Source: Hypanus sabinus (Eukaryota). Taken from it: a stretch of 64,000 nucleotides of DNA. Shown piece after piece: positions 26,020-38,835 of this stretch. Positions within the stretch are counted from its first letter, which is position 1, and every line of letters starts with the position of its first letter. The notes beneath the pieces are model-generated. The model saw only the letters and a program-made list of their open reading frames with translations, was not told where the DNA came from and did not search any database. The position numbers and the translations under genes are program-made. The DNA lies in assembly GCF_030144855.1 (NCBI RefSeq), contig NC_082731.1:12214001-12278000 (forward strand), given 5' to 3'.

Positions 26020-27010
26020 GCCATTTCATTGACTCATCACTCAACGCTGGAAAATATGGACAGTAAAGATGCATGCACCAGGATGCCCTTTGTCGTCAAC
26101 AACTCGTCATTCAATACCATCATCCTCTCAAGACCTTGGCCTGTATACGTCTTCTGCAATTGGATCCTGGACTTCCTCACTTGCAGACCCCAGTCACGTC
26201 GAATTGACTACAAGATCTCCTCCACAATCTCCATCAGTACAGGTGCACCGCAAGTCTGTGCTCTCATCGTCCTACTTTACTCGCTTTATAGTTCTCACTG
26301 TGAGGCTAAGCACAATTCGGATGCCATATATAAGCTTGTAGACGACACCACTATTGTTGGCCGATCCAAGCTGGTGATGAATCAGCACAAGGGAAGGAAA
26401 GTGGAAATCTGGATGAGTAGTGCTACAACATCAATGTCTCACTCAATGGCAGCAAGACGAAGGAACTTTAGGAGGAGGAAACCAGAGGCCCATGACTCAG
26501 TCCTCATCGGGGGCTAAACAACTTTAAATGCTTTAGTGTTATAATTCCAGAGGATCTGCCCTGAGACCAGCACGCGAGAGCAATTATGAAGAAAAGACGG
26601 CACCGCCTCTAATTCCTCAACAGTTTGCGAAGGTCCGTCACAACATCAAACCTTCGACAAACGTCTATAGTATGTAGTAGAGATTATATTGACTGGCTGC
26701 ATCTGGACCTGGTATGGAAATACCAACGACCTTGAAACGAAATCCTACAAAATGTATTGGATACGGCTCAGTCCATCTCCGGTAAAGCCGTCCCGGTCGT
26801 TGAGCAGGAAAGCATCATAAACCCGTCACCGCACAAACCATGCTGTCTTCTCGCTGCTTCCGTCAAGAACAAGATAGTGGACCCTCAGAACTCACTTATG
26901 AGCCTTCAGCCTTCAGATTATTGAACTAGTGGGGATGACCTCACACAAATTCATTCGCCCCATCACTGAAACAATGACATATATGTACTTTGATAATCAA
27001 CTTCCGATGT
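26020..27010 (+). mobile_element. Rex1/Babar-type LINE RT fragment
   Basis: ORF 26029..26517: SSFNTI, CNWILDFLTCRPQ, STGAPQVC, KLVDDTTIVG. Confidence 0.8.
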
Positions 27011-27560
27011 ACTTTGAGTTGGGTAAACGTAACATTGCATCGAATCATGTTAGATCCATTCTGGTTGCTGGGACAGCCATCATGAAGCTAATTAACATTT
27101 TAAATATCTGATTGTCAGATTCTATTCGCAGTTTATGATACATGTTATAAATCCTAAAAGTTTACATTGGTTAATGATTCAGCTCATTAGATATATTTGA
27201 ACAGATTCATCGGTCACAAGGCTGAAATTCCCACCGATCTAAAAGCAATCTTTCATATCGCTTCACACTATCGTTTCAGTCAATTTCGTACCATATCACC
27301 GCTTTCCGTTCAATTTTACTTTACTGCATGCCCGGTGTTATTCCACAATCTTTCTCATCTATTTCCATTTTACCTTTATCTCATTAGCTACGAGGATTCT
27401 ATTTTTAGCTGAATTGTATATCAATTGGTTTTACATTTTAATGTTTACAGCTGGATTAATTGACATACGCCTGAACATGACTGCTTTAATTTGCTTAGAA
27501 AATTGTAATAAACAATTCTGTTTATTCAAACTGATGGTCTCTATGGTAGTTGACATCAGA

Positions 27561-27568
27561 TATAAATA
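27561..27568 (+). promoter_or_regulatory. TATA box of G1
   Basis: TATAAATA starting 66 nt upstream of the exon-1 ATG (27627); G2 and psi2 have TATA boxes at comparable spacing. Confidence 0.65.
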
Positions 27569-27626
27569 TACGCGCCCAGTACATTGCTTTCAGTGACTAC
27601 GGTTTACCACCACATCGTCACGGGAA

Positions 27627-27696
27627 ATGCATGCGCCTGGAAATGGACCCGTCTTTGCCATTTATTATTCTTCTCTCGCCGTATTCGGTGTTCTAG
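27627..27696 (+). CDS. G1 exon 1: GPR139/GPR142-like class A GPCR (MHAPGNGPVFAIYYSSLAVFGVL, phase-1 donor)
   Basis: ATG, 23 codons plus G, donor G|GTAAAG. Splices in frame to 29783, giving ...FGVL-A-NFVTTVILSQ (TM1). Not in the supplied ORF track. Confidence 0.88.
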
Positions 27697-28489
27697 GTAA
27701 AGTTTATATGAATAAGAGATTAATTAATATTTGACCATGTCATAGCTAAATATCCCGTTGATTATAATTATTCTTTTCAGTCTCTGCCTGGGTGCTCTGA
27801 TTATCCACTGATTGTTCGTTGTCTTTTCTTAATGAAATACGAATGTAAATCACGTCTCCTGACAAAGGGAATCTCTTTAAATTATTAATATCATTCGATT
27901 ATTACAGAGTAATTGATTTTACAACATGGTCCTATTCTTTCACGGGTCATTCAATGCATGATCATGAATGCGCAGTATTGCTCTGAAATCAGTTCTAATA
28001 TTCTATTGACTCGTTTCCCGTTCGGCTTAACTTCCTCTCGGTTTATGCTCTACCTGTTCCCATTGTAGATCTACACGGCAATGCAAAACTGTTCTATTTC
28101 AAATTGGATTTTAGCAATAATTCTGTCACGACATCGACTTATGTAACTGATCGTTAAGAACATCACCTGTCATTATTTTCTGTGTCACCTCTTGTTTTTT
28201 ATCTTTCTGACCTGCGCAATCCGCCCCGCAATCTCTTGGACCTCATCCCGTCAGGCAGAAGGTACCGCAGTATAACAAAGCTGGGTAACAGTTTCTCCCA
28301 CCCAGCCGTGAGAATTCTAAGCATTTTGTTACCACCCAGTATACATTACTTCTGACAGCGCCAGTAGCAATAAATTTGTTTTATATTTAACGATATGTAG
28401 TAACTGCGCTTTATGTCAACTCGTACATCTGATATATAACTCCCTGGTTAATTTGTTTTTACTGTTGTGCTGTAGGTAGTTCATTTTAC

Positions 28490-29200
28490 TGTTCTGTACG
28501 AGACAGTCTGTCCTGCTTTCAGCTTGTTTGCTTTTCAGCTGAGATAAGGGGCTTTGCTGTGCACCTCAGGAATGTGAAGTCAGCCAATTTGAATGGCAGA
28601 ATTTTCCAAAGAACGCCGGGGGGAGAGGTCGTTGCTAGCGGGAGCTGGGAGAAGACAGGGGTGAAGATAGTGGAGGATGCCGTCCCTGTTGCGCAAGTTG
28701 CTTTGTGCAGATGAATGGCTTCGAGGAGGAAGGACCGATACTCTCGCGGGAGAGCCTGTTCGTTCAAGATGCATTTTGAGCGACATGCTGTGCTCTCACG
28801 CAGACTGCCGGTCCAGCGCGCGAGTTACAGACAAGCTTAAGATTTGAGCTCCACCGTGCACATATGACTGTTTAAGTACAATGGGTCCTTTTCGTTTTTT
28901 TTCCTTCTTTCCTTTTAATAACTGTTATCTTAGGTTAACATTCTGAAATATGCTCCTTATTAATTGTATGCAGTGTAGGATCTGTTATTTCTTGCCGACG
29001 GGCGATTGCCGGGGGCAGTAAATCACACGGCATTCACGCAAACCGGAGTTTGGATGGGGGGGGTCCTAAAATCTTAGACACCCTAGAATCGTATGAAGCC
29101 TGAGAAAGGTGGGTTAATCGCCGCGGAATCCAGTGGCTGTTAACGAGGGGCTAACCAGCCACATTTCCGGAGATGCCCAGTAAAAGGGGGGTGGGTTCAT
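28490..29200 (+). mobile_element. Possible LTR-element remnant in the G1 intron
   Basis: GC-richer block with a purine tract AAAAGGGGGGGTGGG near 29183; no second LTR or TSD identified. Confidence 0.3.
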
Positions 29201-29782
29201 ATATAATACATTTTATCTGTTAATGTTATTGTGTAAATAGTATTTAATATGGTGCTTGTGATATATGTATGTATGTACAGTTGATTTGCACATTTTACTT
29301 CATTTGGTCCCCCAGGAACGTGGTTTGGTTTAGCATTACACATGTCTGCGTTTGGATGACAACAAACCTGAACTTCAACTTGCTCTTTCAGTATCGGCTG
29401 CTTATTATCAGCGAACTAACTGATACTGGTTTCGTTTGAATAATTATTTAAAGTAATAATTCACTACAAAGCCGAGATCGGCGCTATTAAACCAACAACA
29501 CTCGTGCGGATGGAGTACTGTATTTATTATGTGTTTCCCTGTAAAGGTGTCCTGCAATCCGAATGTCTACCTATGTTTGCAACCAACGTTTGTATCATAT
29601 TTTACATTCGATATTTTATGTGTGCTTGGGATAATTATTTTAATGCAGAAGTAGATAATCAATCTATTTTAATCGCCGAATTAACTGCCAAAGATGTGAA
29701 GTTTCATATTCGCCCTTTGACTGATAAACTTGTCAGAAGACTGACTACCAATTATCTTCTGGTTTCTCCTTCTCTCTTACAG

Positions 29783-30690
29783 CTAACTTTGTAACGACTG
29801 TGATCCTGTCGCAAGGAAAGTGCGGCCTTTCGAAATGTATCACCCGCTACCTGGTGTCCATGGCGGTGACAGATCTCCTGGTCATTATCACGGCTGTGAT
29901 ACTGAGTCGACTTCGGGCTATTTACTTCCCCGCCACTTTCCTGTCCACCACTCCGGCCTGCAGTCTCGTCATTGTCCTCAGCTGCGCTTCCCGAGACACT
30001 TCCGTCTGGTTAACGGTCGCTTTTACCTACGACCGCTTCATAGCCATTTGCTGCCAACAGATGAAGCTCAGATACTGCACTGAGAAAACCGCAGCCATTG
30101 TGATTGGAGTAGTTTGCGTGTTGGGCTGTTTGAAAAACGTCCCCTTTTACTTCATCTATGAGCCTGTTTATGTTATGAATAACGTCCCTTGGTACTGCAG
30201 CATAAAAGATGCCTATTACAAATCAGCTGGGTGGAGCTGTTTTGACTATCTGGACCGTATTTTAAACCCCTGCCTTCCGTTCGTCCTGATTTTGCTGTTT
30301 AACGCTCTGACTGTCAGGTTCATTCTCGCGGCCAGCAGAGCCCGGAGGAGACTCCGTGTCCAGAACAACGGGGCAAAACAGAGCGACCCCGAGATGGAGA
30401 GCAGGAGAAAGTCCATTATTTTACTTTTCGCCATTTCGGCAAGTTTTATCCTCTTGTGGTTGACCTACGTTGTCAATTTCGTGTTTGTACAAATAACAAG
30501 CAAAACATATTCTGTCGTTTTCAATGGCAGCAACTCAAAGTTTATCCTTCAGGAGAGCGGGTACATGTTGCAGCTTCTTAGCTCCTGCACCAACACGTGT
30601 ATTTATGCAGGGACGCAGACCAAATTCAGAGAGCAGTTGAAGACCGCGGTGAAATATCCATTCGAATTAATTGTAAAATTGTTAAAATAA
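29783..30690 (+). CDS. G1 exon 2: GPR139/GPR142-like class A GPCR, intact
   Basis: Acceptor TCTCTCTTACAG at 29782; open frame to TAA; motifs MAVTDLL (TM2), FTYDRFIAICC (DRY-like), ECL2 Cys, LLWLT (TM6), CTNTCIY (TM7), TKFR (helix 8). Confidence 0.95.
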
Positions 30691-31429
30691 TGATATTAAC
30701 GGGAAAATGATGCTACTTTCAATTGTAGTATCAATAATATCAATTAAAATGAAGAATAGTGCTAATCTGGATTGGAACTGCATCTGAGCTGGTGTCTTAT
30801 GTTTTATGGTCAGCTAGATGTTAGTACAAGATGCTTATGAAGGACAAGCAATGTAACCCGGTGGTTGTAAGCATAAGGGTACAAATAGTTTTACACTTCC
30901 TGTCAAAAATAGCAAAATTAAATTCCATTATATTAAATTTGTATTTTCTATTTTTGCGTTTTGTTTGTTAAAATGACTATTTATAATTTCCTGGAAAGGA
31001 AAAACTTAGATTATTCATCGTCAGTTCAGAGATAACCGTCTGTTATATATCTGGAGTCACGTGCAGGAAGAAAGAGAACCCAGCGACACACATCATGAGT
31101 TAAATGACATTGTTGTCGGGGTTTTTACCGAGGTGCAGGCGGTGGCTAGGTCGATTCCGACCGGCCAATAGCACTGCGAAATTTAGTGCATTCTTGACTT
31201 CCGTGCCTCGTCACTGAAACATAGACGCGTGAGAGGTTCAACACCAGCGCACCTGGTGGTCAGTTCTTCTGTGAGACTCGACACTATGGTCTGGGCTAGG
31301 TTCCGTCGTGTTCTATTCAGCCACTTATCACATTTTACTGACTCTTCATTTTGGCTTCCTGCTCGTTCAGAAGTGGTGCCGCATTGATTAATTCTCAGCC
31401 ACACTTCTGGATCGAAAATTTGTCCTGTT

Positions 31430-32700
31430 TCAAAAACTTACTGGAGTTATTTGAGGATATAACGAGCTCAGTGGACAGAGGGGAACAGATCGACGTTACT
31501 TACTTGGAATTCTAGAAAGCGTTCGATAAGGTACTGCATTGAAGACTTATCCATACGATAAGGAGGCATAGAGTTGGGCTGATGTATTACCATGGATAGA
31601 GGACTGGATAAATGATGGAAAGCAGAGAGCTGGGACGCATGAGTGTTACTCTGTTTGGCAATCAGTGATGAGCGCGGTGCTGCAAGGGTCGGTGCTGGGC
31701 CCGCAACGGTTCACGATTTTCATTAACGATCTGCAAGAGGGAACCGAGTGCAGTGTATCTAGGTTTGCTGATGATACTAAATTGAGTGGAAAAGCACATT
31801 TTGCAGAAGATACGGAGAATCTGCAGAGAGATATCGATAGGTTAAGAGAGTGAGAAAGGGTCTGGCAGATGGAGAACCATGTTGGTAAATGTGAGGTCAT
31901 CCACCGTGGAAGGAAGAATGAAAGTGCGGATTATATATTCTACTGGTAAAATATTGCAGCATGCTGCTGTGCAGAAGGACTTGGGAGTGTTTGTACATGA
32001 ATCACAGAAGGTATGTTTGCAGGTGCAGCAGGCTGTTAAGAAGGCGAATGGATTGTTGGCCTTCATTGCTAGAGGGATTAACATAAGAGCAGGAAGGTTA
32101 TGCTGCAACTGTACAGGGTACTGGTGAGGCCGCAACTGGAGTACTGCGGACAATTCTGGAGAATTATTTGCAATTGTGGTCTCCATATTGAGGAAGGATA
32201 TACTGGCCTCGGAGGCGGTGCGGAGGAGGTTCATCAGATTGATTCTAGTTTGACTATGAGGACAGATTAAATGCCTGGGACTGTACTCACTGGAATTCAG
32301 AAGAATTAGAGATCTTATACAAACATATAAAATTATGAAAGCGATAGATAAAGTAGAGGCAGGAAAGTTGTTTCCAGTGGTAGGTGAGATTAGACCTAGG
32401 GGACACTGCCTCAAGAGTCAGGGGAGTAGATTTAAGACGGAGATAAGGAGGAACTGTTTTTTTACCAGAGAGTGGTGAATCTGTCTAATTCTCTGCCCCA
32501 TGAAGCAGTGGCAGCTACCTAAGTAAATATATTTAAGACGCGGTTGGATTGATTTTTGTATAGTAGGGAAGTATAAGGGTTATGGGGGCAAGGAGGAAGG
32601 TGAAGATGAGTCCATGGCCAGATCAGCCGTGAACCTATTGAATGGCGGGGTAGGCTCGACGTGCCAGCTGGCCTACTCCCACTCCTATTTCTATGTTCTT
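31430..32700 (+). mobile_element. CR1 LINE RT/3' fragment, frameshifted
   Basis: VLQGSVLGPQRFTIFINDL...RFADDTKLSG; CR1-type 3' end. Confidence 0.9.
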
Positions 32701-32854
32701 ATATACAAGGAAAGCCAGAAAAGTTATTAAAGTTTAATATTAAGAGTGCAGTGTCTGAGCAATTCCTCTCAATTGAAGCCAATTGCATTTGATTGTTTCA
32801 CTCATTTCAATTTTTAAATTTATTAGAGTAGACTTTAAACATCTTCTGTCATCA

Positions 32855-33160
32855 GTAACGCTTGGAAAGAGTTAAACGAGCGCTTGGCAACAGCAACTAT
32901 CAACAATTCGGCAGGTTCAAGGAAGGCTTCAGCCCCGCCGCGAGAAGCAATGACACACCCCTTTCCGTTCCCGGAACATCGAGAGCAGCTGAGGCTAAGC
33001 GCCTCATTTCACCCGTGAATATATTAATAAATTGGATTATCATCCAACTTGAACCGAAGTACGGTGAAAAACCTAGTTTCCGCCACATGCATACAGATGA
33101 TTGCAGCTGTGCATCGAGGCAGTATAAGGGAAATGACAGAAAAAAATGAAGTAATACGGT
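32855..33160 (+). repeat. Unclassified non-coding block, copy 1 (copy 2 at 36185-36415)
   Basis: Shared sequence GGCTTCAGCCCCGCCG.GAGAAGCAATGA.ACACCCTTTCCGTTCCCGGAAC and CCGCCACATGCATAC. Confidence 0.8.
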
Positions 33161-33904
33161 CTGGCTCGAATGACCAATTCCGCTCCGACGTAAGTCTTCT
33201 GGTCTCAAGACAAAGGAGTGGGGAACAGTTGCAAGGTCCCACGTGTCTGTTTCAGTTGTGACTCTTTTTCAGTCCAATTCCCAGTGTGGACCAATTCCCG
33301 TATCTGGTGAAGCCCCACCCCCGATAAAGTCAAATTCAAATATCCCAATACTCAACAGATTTATCCTCCGTCCTCGGGAGGTCGGAATATTAAAGATCCA
33401 ATGGTTCTGAGTAAAGAGACGTTTCCTTATATTAATTATCACTTATTGTGACATTTAGCATCGTGCTTCCAACTAAGTTAAGCATTCTCTCTCTACGAAC
33501 GTTCTTGACATTTAGAATCAGAATCAGGTTTATTATCACCAGCATGTGTTGTCCAATTTGTTAACTTAGCAGTCTCAGTACGATACAATACATAATAATA
33601 TAACAAGAAAATAATTAAGTAAGCAAATCAATTACCGTAATAACAATAAGTACATTATTGACCCGAGTGGGAAATTCTTTCGTCACTGTAGCAACATTTA
33701 AAATTACACTTAGTAGTGTGCAGACTTAACTGACAATAAAGTAAAGAATAAAAATATACACAATAATAATGTACCAATGAGCAATTATGTGCAATGATAA
33801 TGTACGAAATAATAAAGCAAACACTACGCTTATTGCATTTGGTAGGGAAGATTTTATAAAACGATCCTTGTGACAGCGGATTTGAATTAGTCTTTAAAGG
33901 CGCT

Positions 33905-35900
33905 CCGCTGTTATTCCAGTAGGACATGGAGAGGATGTGCCAGATTGTTCATAATGGATCACAGTTTAATTAGTGACCGCCTCTCCACCACCTCTCAAAA
34001 GAGTCTAGGATGTAGCCAAGGATGGATACAGCCTTTTTGATGAGGTTATTTAGTCTTTCTGCATCGCCATCACTGATGCTGCTACCCCAAAATAAAGCCA
34101 CAAAGAAGACTGCACTCGCTACATCAGACTGGCAAAAGATCTCCAACGTCCCCTTGCACACATTGAACGATCTCACATTCCTTAGAAAATAGAGTCTGCT
34201 CGTCTCCTTCTTGTCAACAGCCTCGGTGTTGGTTTTCAAGTCAAGTCTGTTGTCGAAGTATTTGTGCTCCTCCAGCACCGCAACAACTTCTCCCAGAATG
34301 TGTACAAGTCTCGTCACAGTCCTCTTCCTCCCAAAATCACTCACCATCTCCCTGGCTTTGGCCACATTCAGGAGCAGGCGGTTCCTCCCGCACCACTCCG
34401 CAAACGTGTCCATCAGTCTTCTGTACTCCGACTGCTGCCCATCTCTGATGCGCCCAACCACCACAGAGTCATCAGAGAACTTCTGCAAAGTGACAAGACT
34501 CAGATTTGAACTGAAAGTCTGCGATATAAAGAGTGAGCAAGACGGAGACAGGACAGCCCCTTCTGGCGCTCTAGTCCCACTCACCACCATCTCAGATAGA
34601 GAGCTACCCAGACGTACAAACTTGGGTCTATCTATCAGGTAGTCAGTAATCCAGGAAATGGTGGATTTGTCTGCACCTGTCATTGGCAGCACCTCACTCA
34701 GAAGAAGTGGCTGGATGGCTTTGAGAGGCTAAAGGGAAATCACAATATGTGCTTCTCACAATGCCACCAGCATCGTCCAGGAGGGAGTGAGCTCTCTGCA
34801 GCGGGTAGATGATGATTTCATCTGCTTTCACACGAGGTTGGTCGGCAGACTGTAGAGGGTCCAATGAAGATCTCAACCGCAGTCCAAGGTAAGTCAAAAA
34901 CAGCCTCTTCAGCACGTTCATCACATTAGATGTGAGGGCAATTGGTCCGTAGCCATTACGTTCAGATGGAGTCGCCTTCTCGGGTACAGAAACTAAGCAG
35001 AAAGTCTTCCATATCTTTTCCTGAATCAGACTCAGGTTCCAAATGTGCTGCAAAATACTAGACAACAGGCTGGCGCAGGCTCTCAGTACTCTGGGCTGAT
35101 ACCGTCCGACCCGGCAGCTTTCCTTTGATGTAGTCTCTCCAGTTGTCTCTTAAACTGGCCTGAAGTCACAGTCAGGCAGGAGAGGTTGATCATTCCCATG
35201 GAGACAGGATACTCCGAAGTTTGGGGGCTTTGGAACACAAGCACTCCAGAGGGGAGGGAAGAGTGGAGTGAGAAGGCTTCGGGAGGGTGTGTGGTTTACG
35301 CAAGTGGGGGAGGGGACAGCAGGGGATCCCGTACTGAACCTATTGAAAGACAAGTTCGTTGGCCCTTTACAGCCAGCCTTTCCTTAAACTTGAAGCCAGT
35401 GATCTGCTTCATGCCCAACCACAAATACCTTATGCTATTCGGCTGGAGCGTGTATTCTGCCTTCCACTTGTAGGATTCTTTGCACTCCCTCAGCTTTACT
35501 CTCAGTTCATTTATATTAAGTAGATTAAAATAGTCCAAAAACATAAGTAATATATATATTAAAGCAAGTAAGTAGAGTGAAGTAGTCTTCATGTGTTCAA
35601 TGCCCATTTAGAAATCGGATGGCTGAGGGGAAGAAGCTGTTTCTGAATCGCCGAGTGTGTGCCTTCAGGCCTCTGTACCTCCTTCGTAATAATGAAAAAA
35701 GGGAATGCTCTTGGTGATTGGGGTCCTTAATAAAGGACGTCGCCTTTCTGATGCATCTCTTCTTGAAGGTGTCTTGGATACCAGGGAGGCCAGTAGACAA
35801 GGTGGAGCTGACTAATTTTACAACTTTCTGACGCTTCCTTCGGTCCTGTGCAGGACGACCAGCCAATAGCACAGCGGAACTGAGAGTATGCTTGACTTCC
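33905..35900 (-). mobile_element. Rex1/Babar-type LINE fragments (RT region about 33905-35480 plus a separate 3' fragment about 35480-35900)
   Basis: Minus ORFs WITDYLIDRPKFVR...LQKFSDDSVVVG, PIALTSNVMNVL and LKAHTRRFRNSFFPSAIRFLNG. Confidence 0.85.
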
Positions 35901-36184
35901 GTGTCCAGTGAATGTAACATGGAAAGCTGGGATGCATGAGAGGTTGAATGACAGGGGACCTAGTCGTCAGCTCTGCCACCAGACTAGATTCTGCCGTGTC
36001 GTCCTAATGAGCCAGTTATCGCTTTTTGCTGACACTTCATTTTGATTTCCTGCTCGCCCAGAATTGTTGCCACATTCATTCGGAGTTCTGATTTGAAACG
36101 GAAATCGCAGGTAAGTTACTGAAATTCCATTCAATATTAAGAGGGAAGTTTCAAGAATCGATTACAAATGTCTTCGATCATTAG

Positions 36185-36415
36185 TGACGTTTGGAAAGAG
36201 TTGAAAGAGTGCTTGAGAGCAGCAACTGTCAACAATTCGTCAGGCCAGGCTTCAGCCCCGCCGTGAGAAGCAATGATACACCCTTTCCGTTCCCGGAACG
36301 TCAAGGGCGGCTTGGGCTATGTGGTTGATTTCAGCCGCCACATGCATACGGATCATTACAGCTGTGCACCAAGGCAGTATAAGCGAACAACAGAATAGAC
36401 AATAAAGAGATACGG
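36185..36415 (+). repeat. Unclassified non-coding block, copy 2
   Basis: Direct repeat of 32855-33160, lacking an internal segment of about 70 bp. Confidence 0.8.
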
Positions 36416-37094
36416 TTATCGGGGAAGGATCGTGCTAAACAATACTGGGGTATAAGAACAGGAATCTATTTTAACGAACTGTTTAATACCCTTCTAACAG
36501 CAGTATAGAATCTGTTCTTTGTGGTGGTACATGCATTCAGGTTTTTGCAACTTCTGCCCATTGGAAGCGGGAAGAAGAGAGAATGTCTGTGTTGGTGGGG
36601 TCTTTGATTATGTTGGCTGCTTTACTAAGACATTGACAAGCGTAGACGGAGACCATGGAGGGGTGGTTTGCTTCAGTGAGGCGCTGTGCTATGTTCACAC
36701 CGCAGTTATTTTGCACTCCAACCGTTCGACCTCAGCGCCATTGCTGTAAGGTGCGTGCGTCATCTTCAAAGTGTGAGAGTTGGAAATGAATATGGAGTAA
36801 CGTAAGGTGCTCTTTTGCATGTTCAATGTTTGTGGATCATTGTAATGTATTTTTCTCGTAGATTATAACGTACAGAATTTCTTTCTTTCCCTGTGAATGC
36901 CTGCAAGACAATGAATCACAAGTTTGTGTATGATATGCCTACGTTGATGATAAATGCACCCTGAACTTTTGAACTTCAGAACTTTGTTGTGAGGCACTAC
37001 TGTTCCCTCTTGTTTCATGCCATGGACATACTGTAGCAAATATAATATGCTTCAGAGCGAAGGAGACTGGAGCTGCATATAGTGCCAATGACAA

Positions 37095-37470
37095 GATTAA
37101 AGATTAGCTTTATTTGACATATGTACATCACAATGTCGAAGCATACAGTAAAATGAGTTGTTTTCCGTCAACAAGAAATACAGTCGGAGGATCTGTTGGG
37201 GAGTTGGAGGATGGTGGGGGTGGGGTGGGTAGGAAGCAACCCATAACTGTTGTCAGGCTTCCGGCTGCCAATACAGAATGCCCACAACCTACTAACCCTA
37301 ACCGTATGCCAACGGAGCGTGTGCTGTAACCGGAACACCCGGAGGAAACCCGCGTGTTCACGGGTAGAATGTAAAAGCCGCTTACAGACAGAGATGCGAA
37401 TCGAACACCGATCCGTATTCGTTGGCGTTGGAAAGCAGTTGCACTAACCGCTGCACTCCTGGGCCGAAAT
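37095..37470 (-). mobile_element. tRNA-derived SINE (V-SINE/HE1-like)
   Basis: Reverse complement has box-like GTGCAGCGGTTAG and GTGTTCGATTCG, and the V-domain-like GCGGGTTTCCTCCGGGTGTTCCGGTT. Confidence 0.7.
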
Positions 37471-37717
37471 CCTGCGCTGCCCCTGCAATGCTTCCAAGCT
37501 ATTGCTCTTCAGCCCACTGTCACTCTCTTTGTAGCTGTTTGCAATTCACGGATGTCGTCGCCAGATTCTTTTGCGACAATAGAATATAATATCTCCTGCG
37601 TTGCTCCTCACTTTCCTTCGACCCATTTGCAATCCCCCGTTTATTTTCAATTCTCCGTTACCTGTCTTCCTGTTCACTCCCACAAGGTTTCCGTCCACAT
37701 AATGCAACTGCCAGATC

Positions 37718-37720
<3 letters not shown>

Positions 37721-37772
<52 letters not shown>
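37721..37772. repeat. (TC)26 microsatellite
   Basis: Directly visible perfect run. Confidence 0.97.
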
Positions 37773-37776
<4 letters not shown>

Positions 37777-38835
37777 CAATGTGAATACGCCAGTTAAAAC
37801 CATTTCCCGCGTGCTTGCTTTTATTTAATCGATATGTAGTTATGCACAGACACAACAGGTTGGCGACGCGTACAAACCTGAATGTCAGAAAATGTCACGA
37901 ACGAAAACCGACACTTGCGTGACGAAACAGTGTTAGTAAATTAGCTGGAGAAAGGCGAAGGAACACGTGAGTAACAGTGAAAGACGCGCTAAGCTTGAAC
38001 TTAAAATAACGTGGTGATGGCTCCAGTCGGAAAAGAATTTGATAGCGCTAATGAAGCCTGGGAATTGTATATTGAGAGGGTTGAACTATATTGCAACACG
38101 AACAACGTGAAGGAGCAAAGCAAAACCGCTGAAAAGCCAGCAAGCAAGACGCTCGATGACATTGTTACAATTTTACAAAATCACTTGAGCCCTGAACCTG
38201 TAGCAATAGCTGAGAGATTTAGATTTTACTAAAGGAACCAGTCAAAAGATGGAAGATTTTCTGAATACATTGCTGAACTACACAAACTTTCCCAGTGTGT
38301 GACTTTACAGATGGACGAAGGGACACGGGTGTATGTGGTATGCATAGCCAAAGCACTCAAATGAGGCCCCTGGCAGAAAGAGGCAGCCTGTGATGGTGTC
38401 AATGTTAGCAACGTGACGCTGGAAACCGAGAACGTTGTCTCAGACAAGGCGCCTGGCAAACCTGATGCCATTCCACACGTCCAGAGGCGCCATGCTGAAA
38501 GAAACAGAGCACCACCCAAAAGGCCGAATCTTTAGAACTGTGATATCATTTATGGACTGTTGTGAAAGTATGTCTATTTGGACTGTGGATTATGAAGGGA
38601 AGTTGAATGTTTTGTAAATGTACAGTTTTATTTTGCATTAATCTGAAGGCAGATGAAGTGTAATGTATGGATCTATTTCTTTTAGAGCAATGCCCCCCCC
38701 CCTTAGCACAACGTATATAATTGTCGTTTGAGTATGCGTTGTCTCTCATTGCAATGTGAATACCCCAGTTAAAGCTATCTCCGGCATGCGTGCTTTTATT
38801 TAATCGGTATGTAGTTGTGAAGAGACACAGCAACA
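37765..38835 (+). mobile_element. Internally deleted Gypsy LTR retrotransposon with partial 5' LTR and complete 3' LTR
   Basis: Direct repeats at about 37765-37857 and within 38659-38835 (TG...CA); PBS-like TGGCGACG at 37861; gag ORF 38011..38232 (EFDS...WELYIERVE...LSPEPVAIAERFRF); pol end RRHAERNRAPPKR. Confidence 0.85.

Noticed and set aside
31120-31300. GGTTTTTAC nonamer-like site and FFCETR-CACTATG V-end-like sequence
   Set aside because: No matching heptamer or nonamer at correct spacing; no Ig framework.
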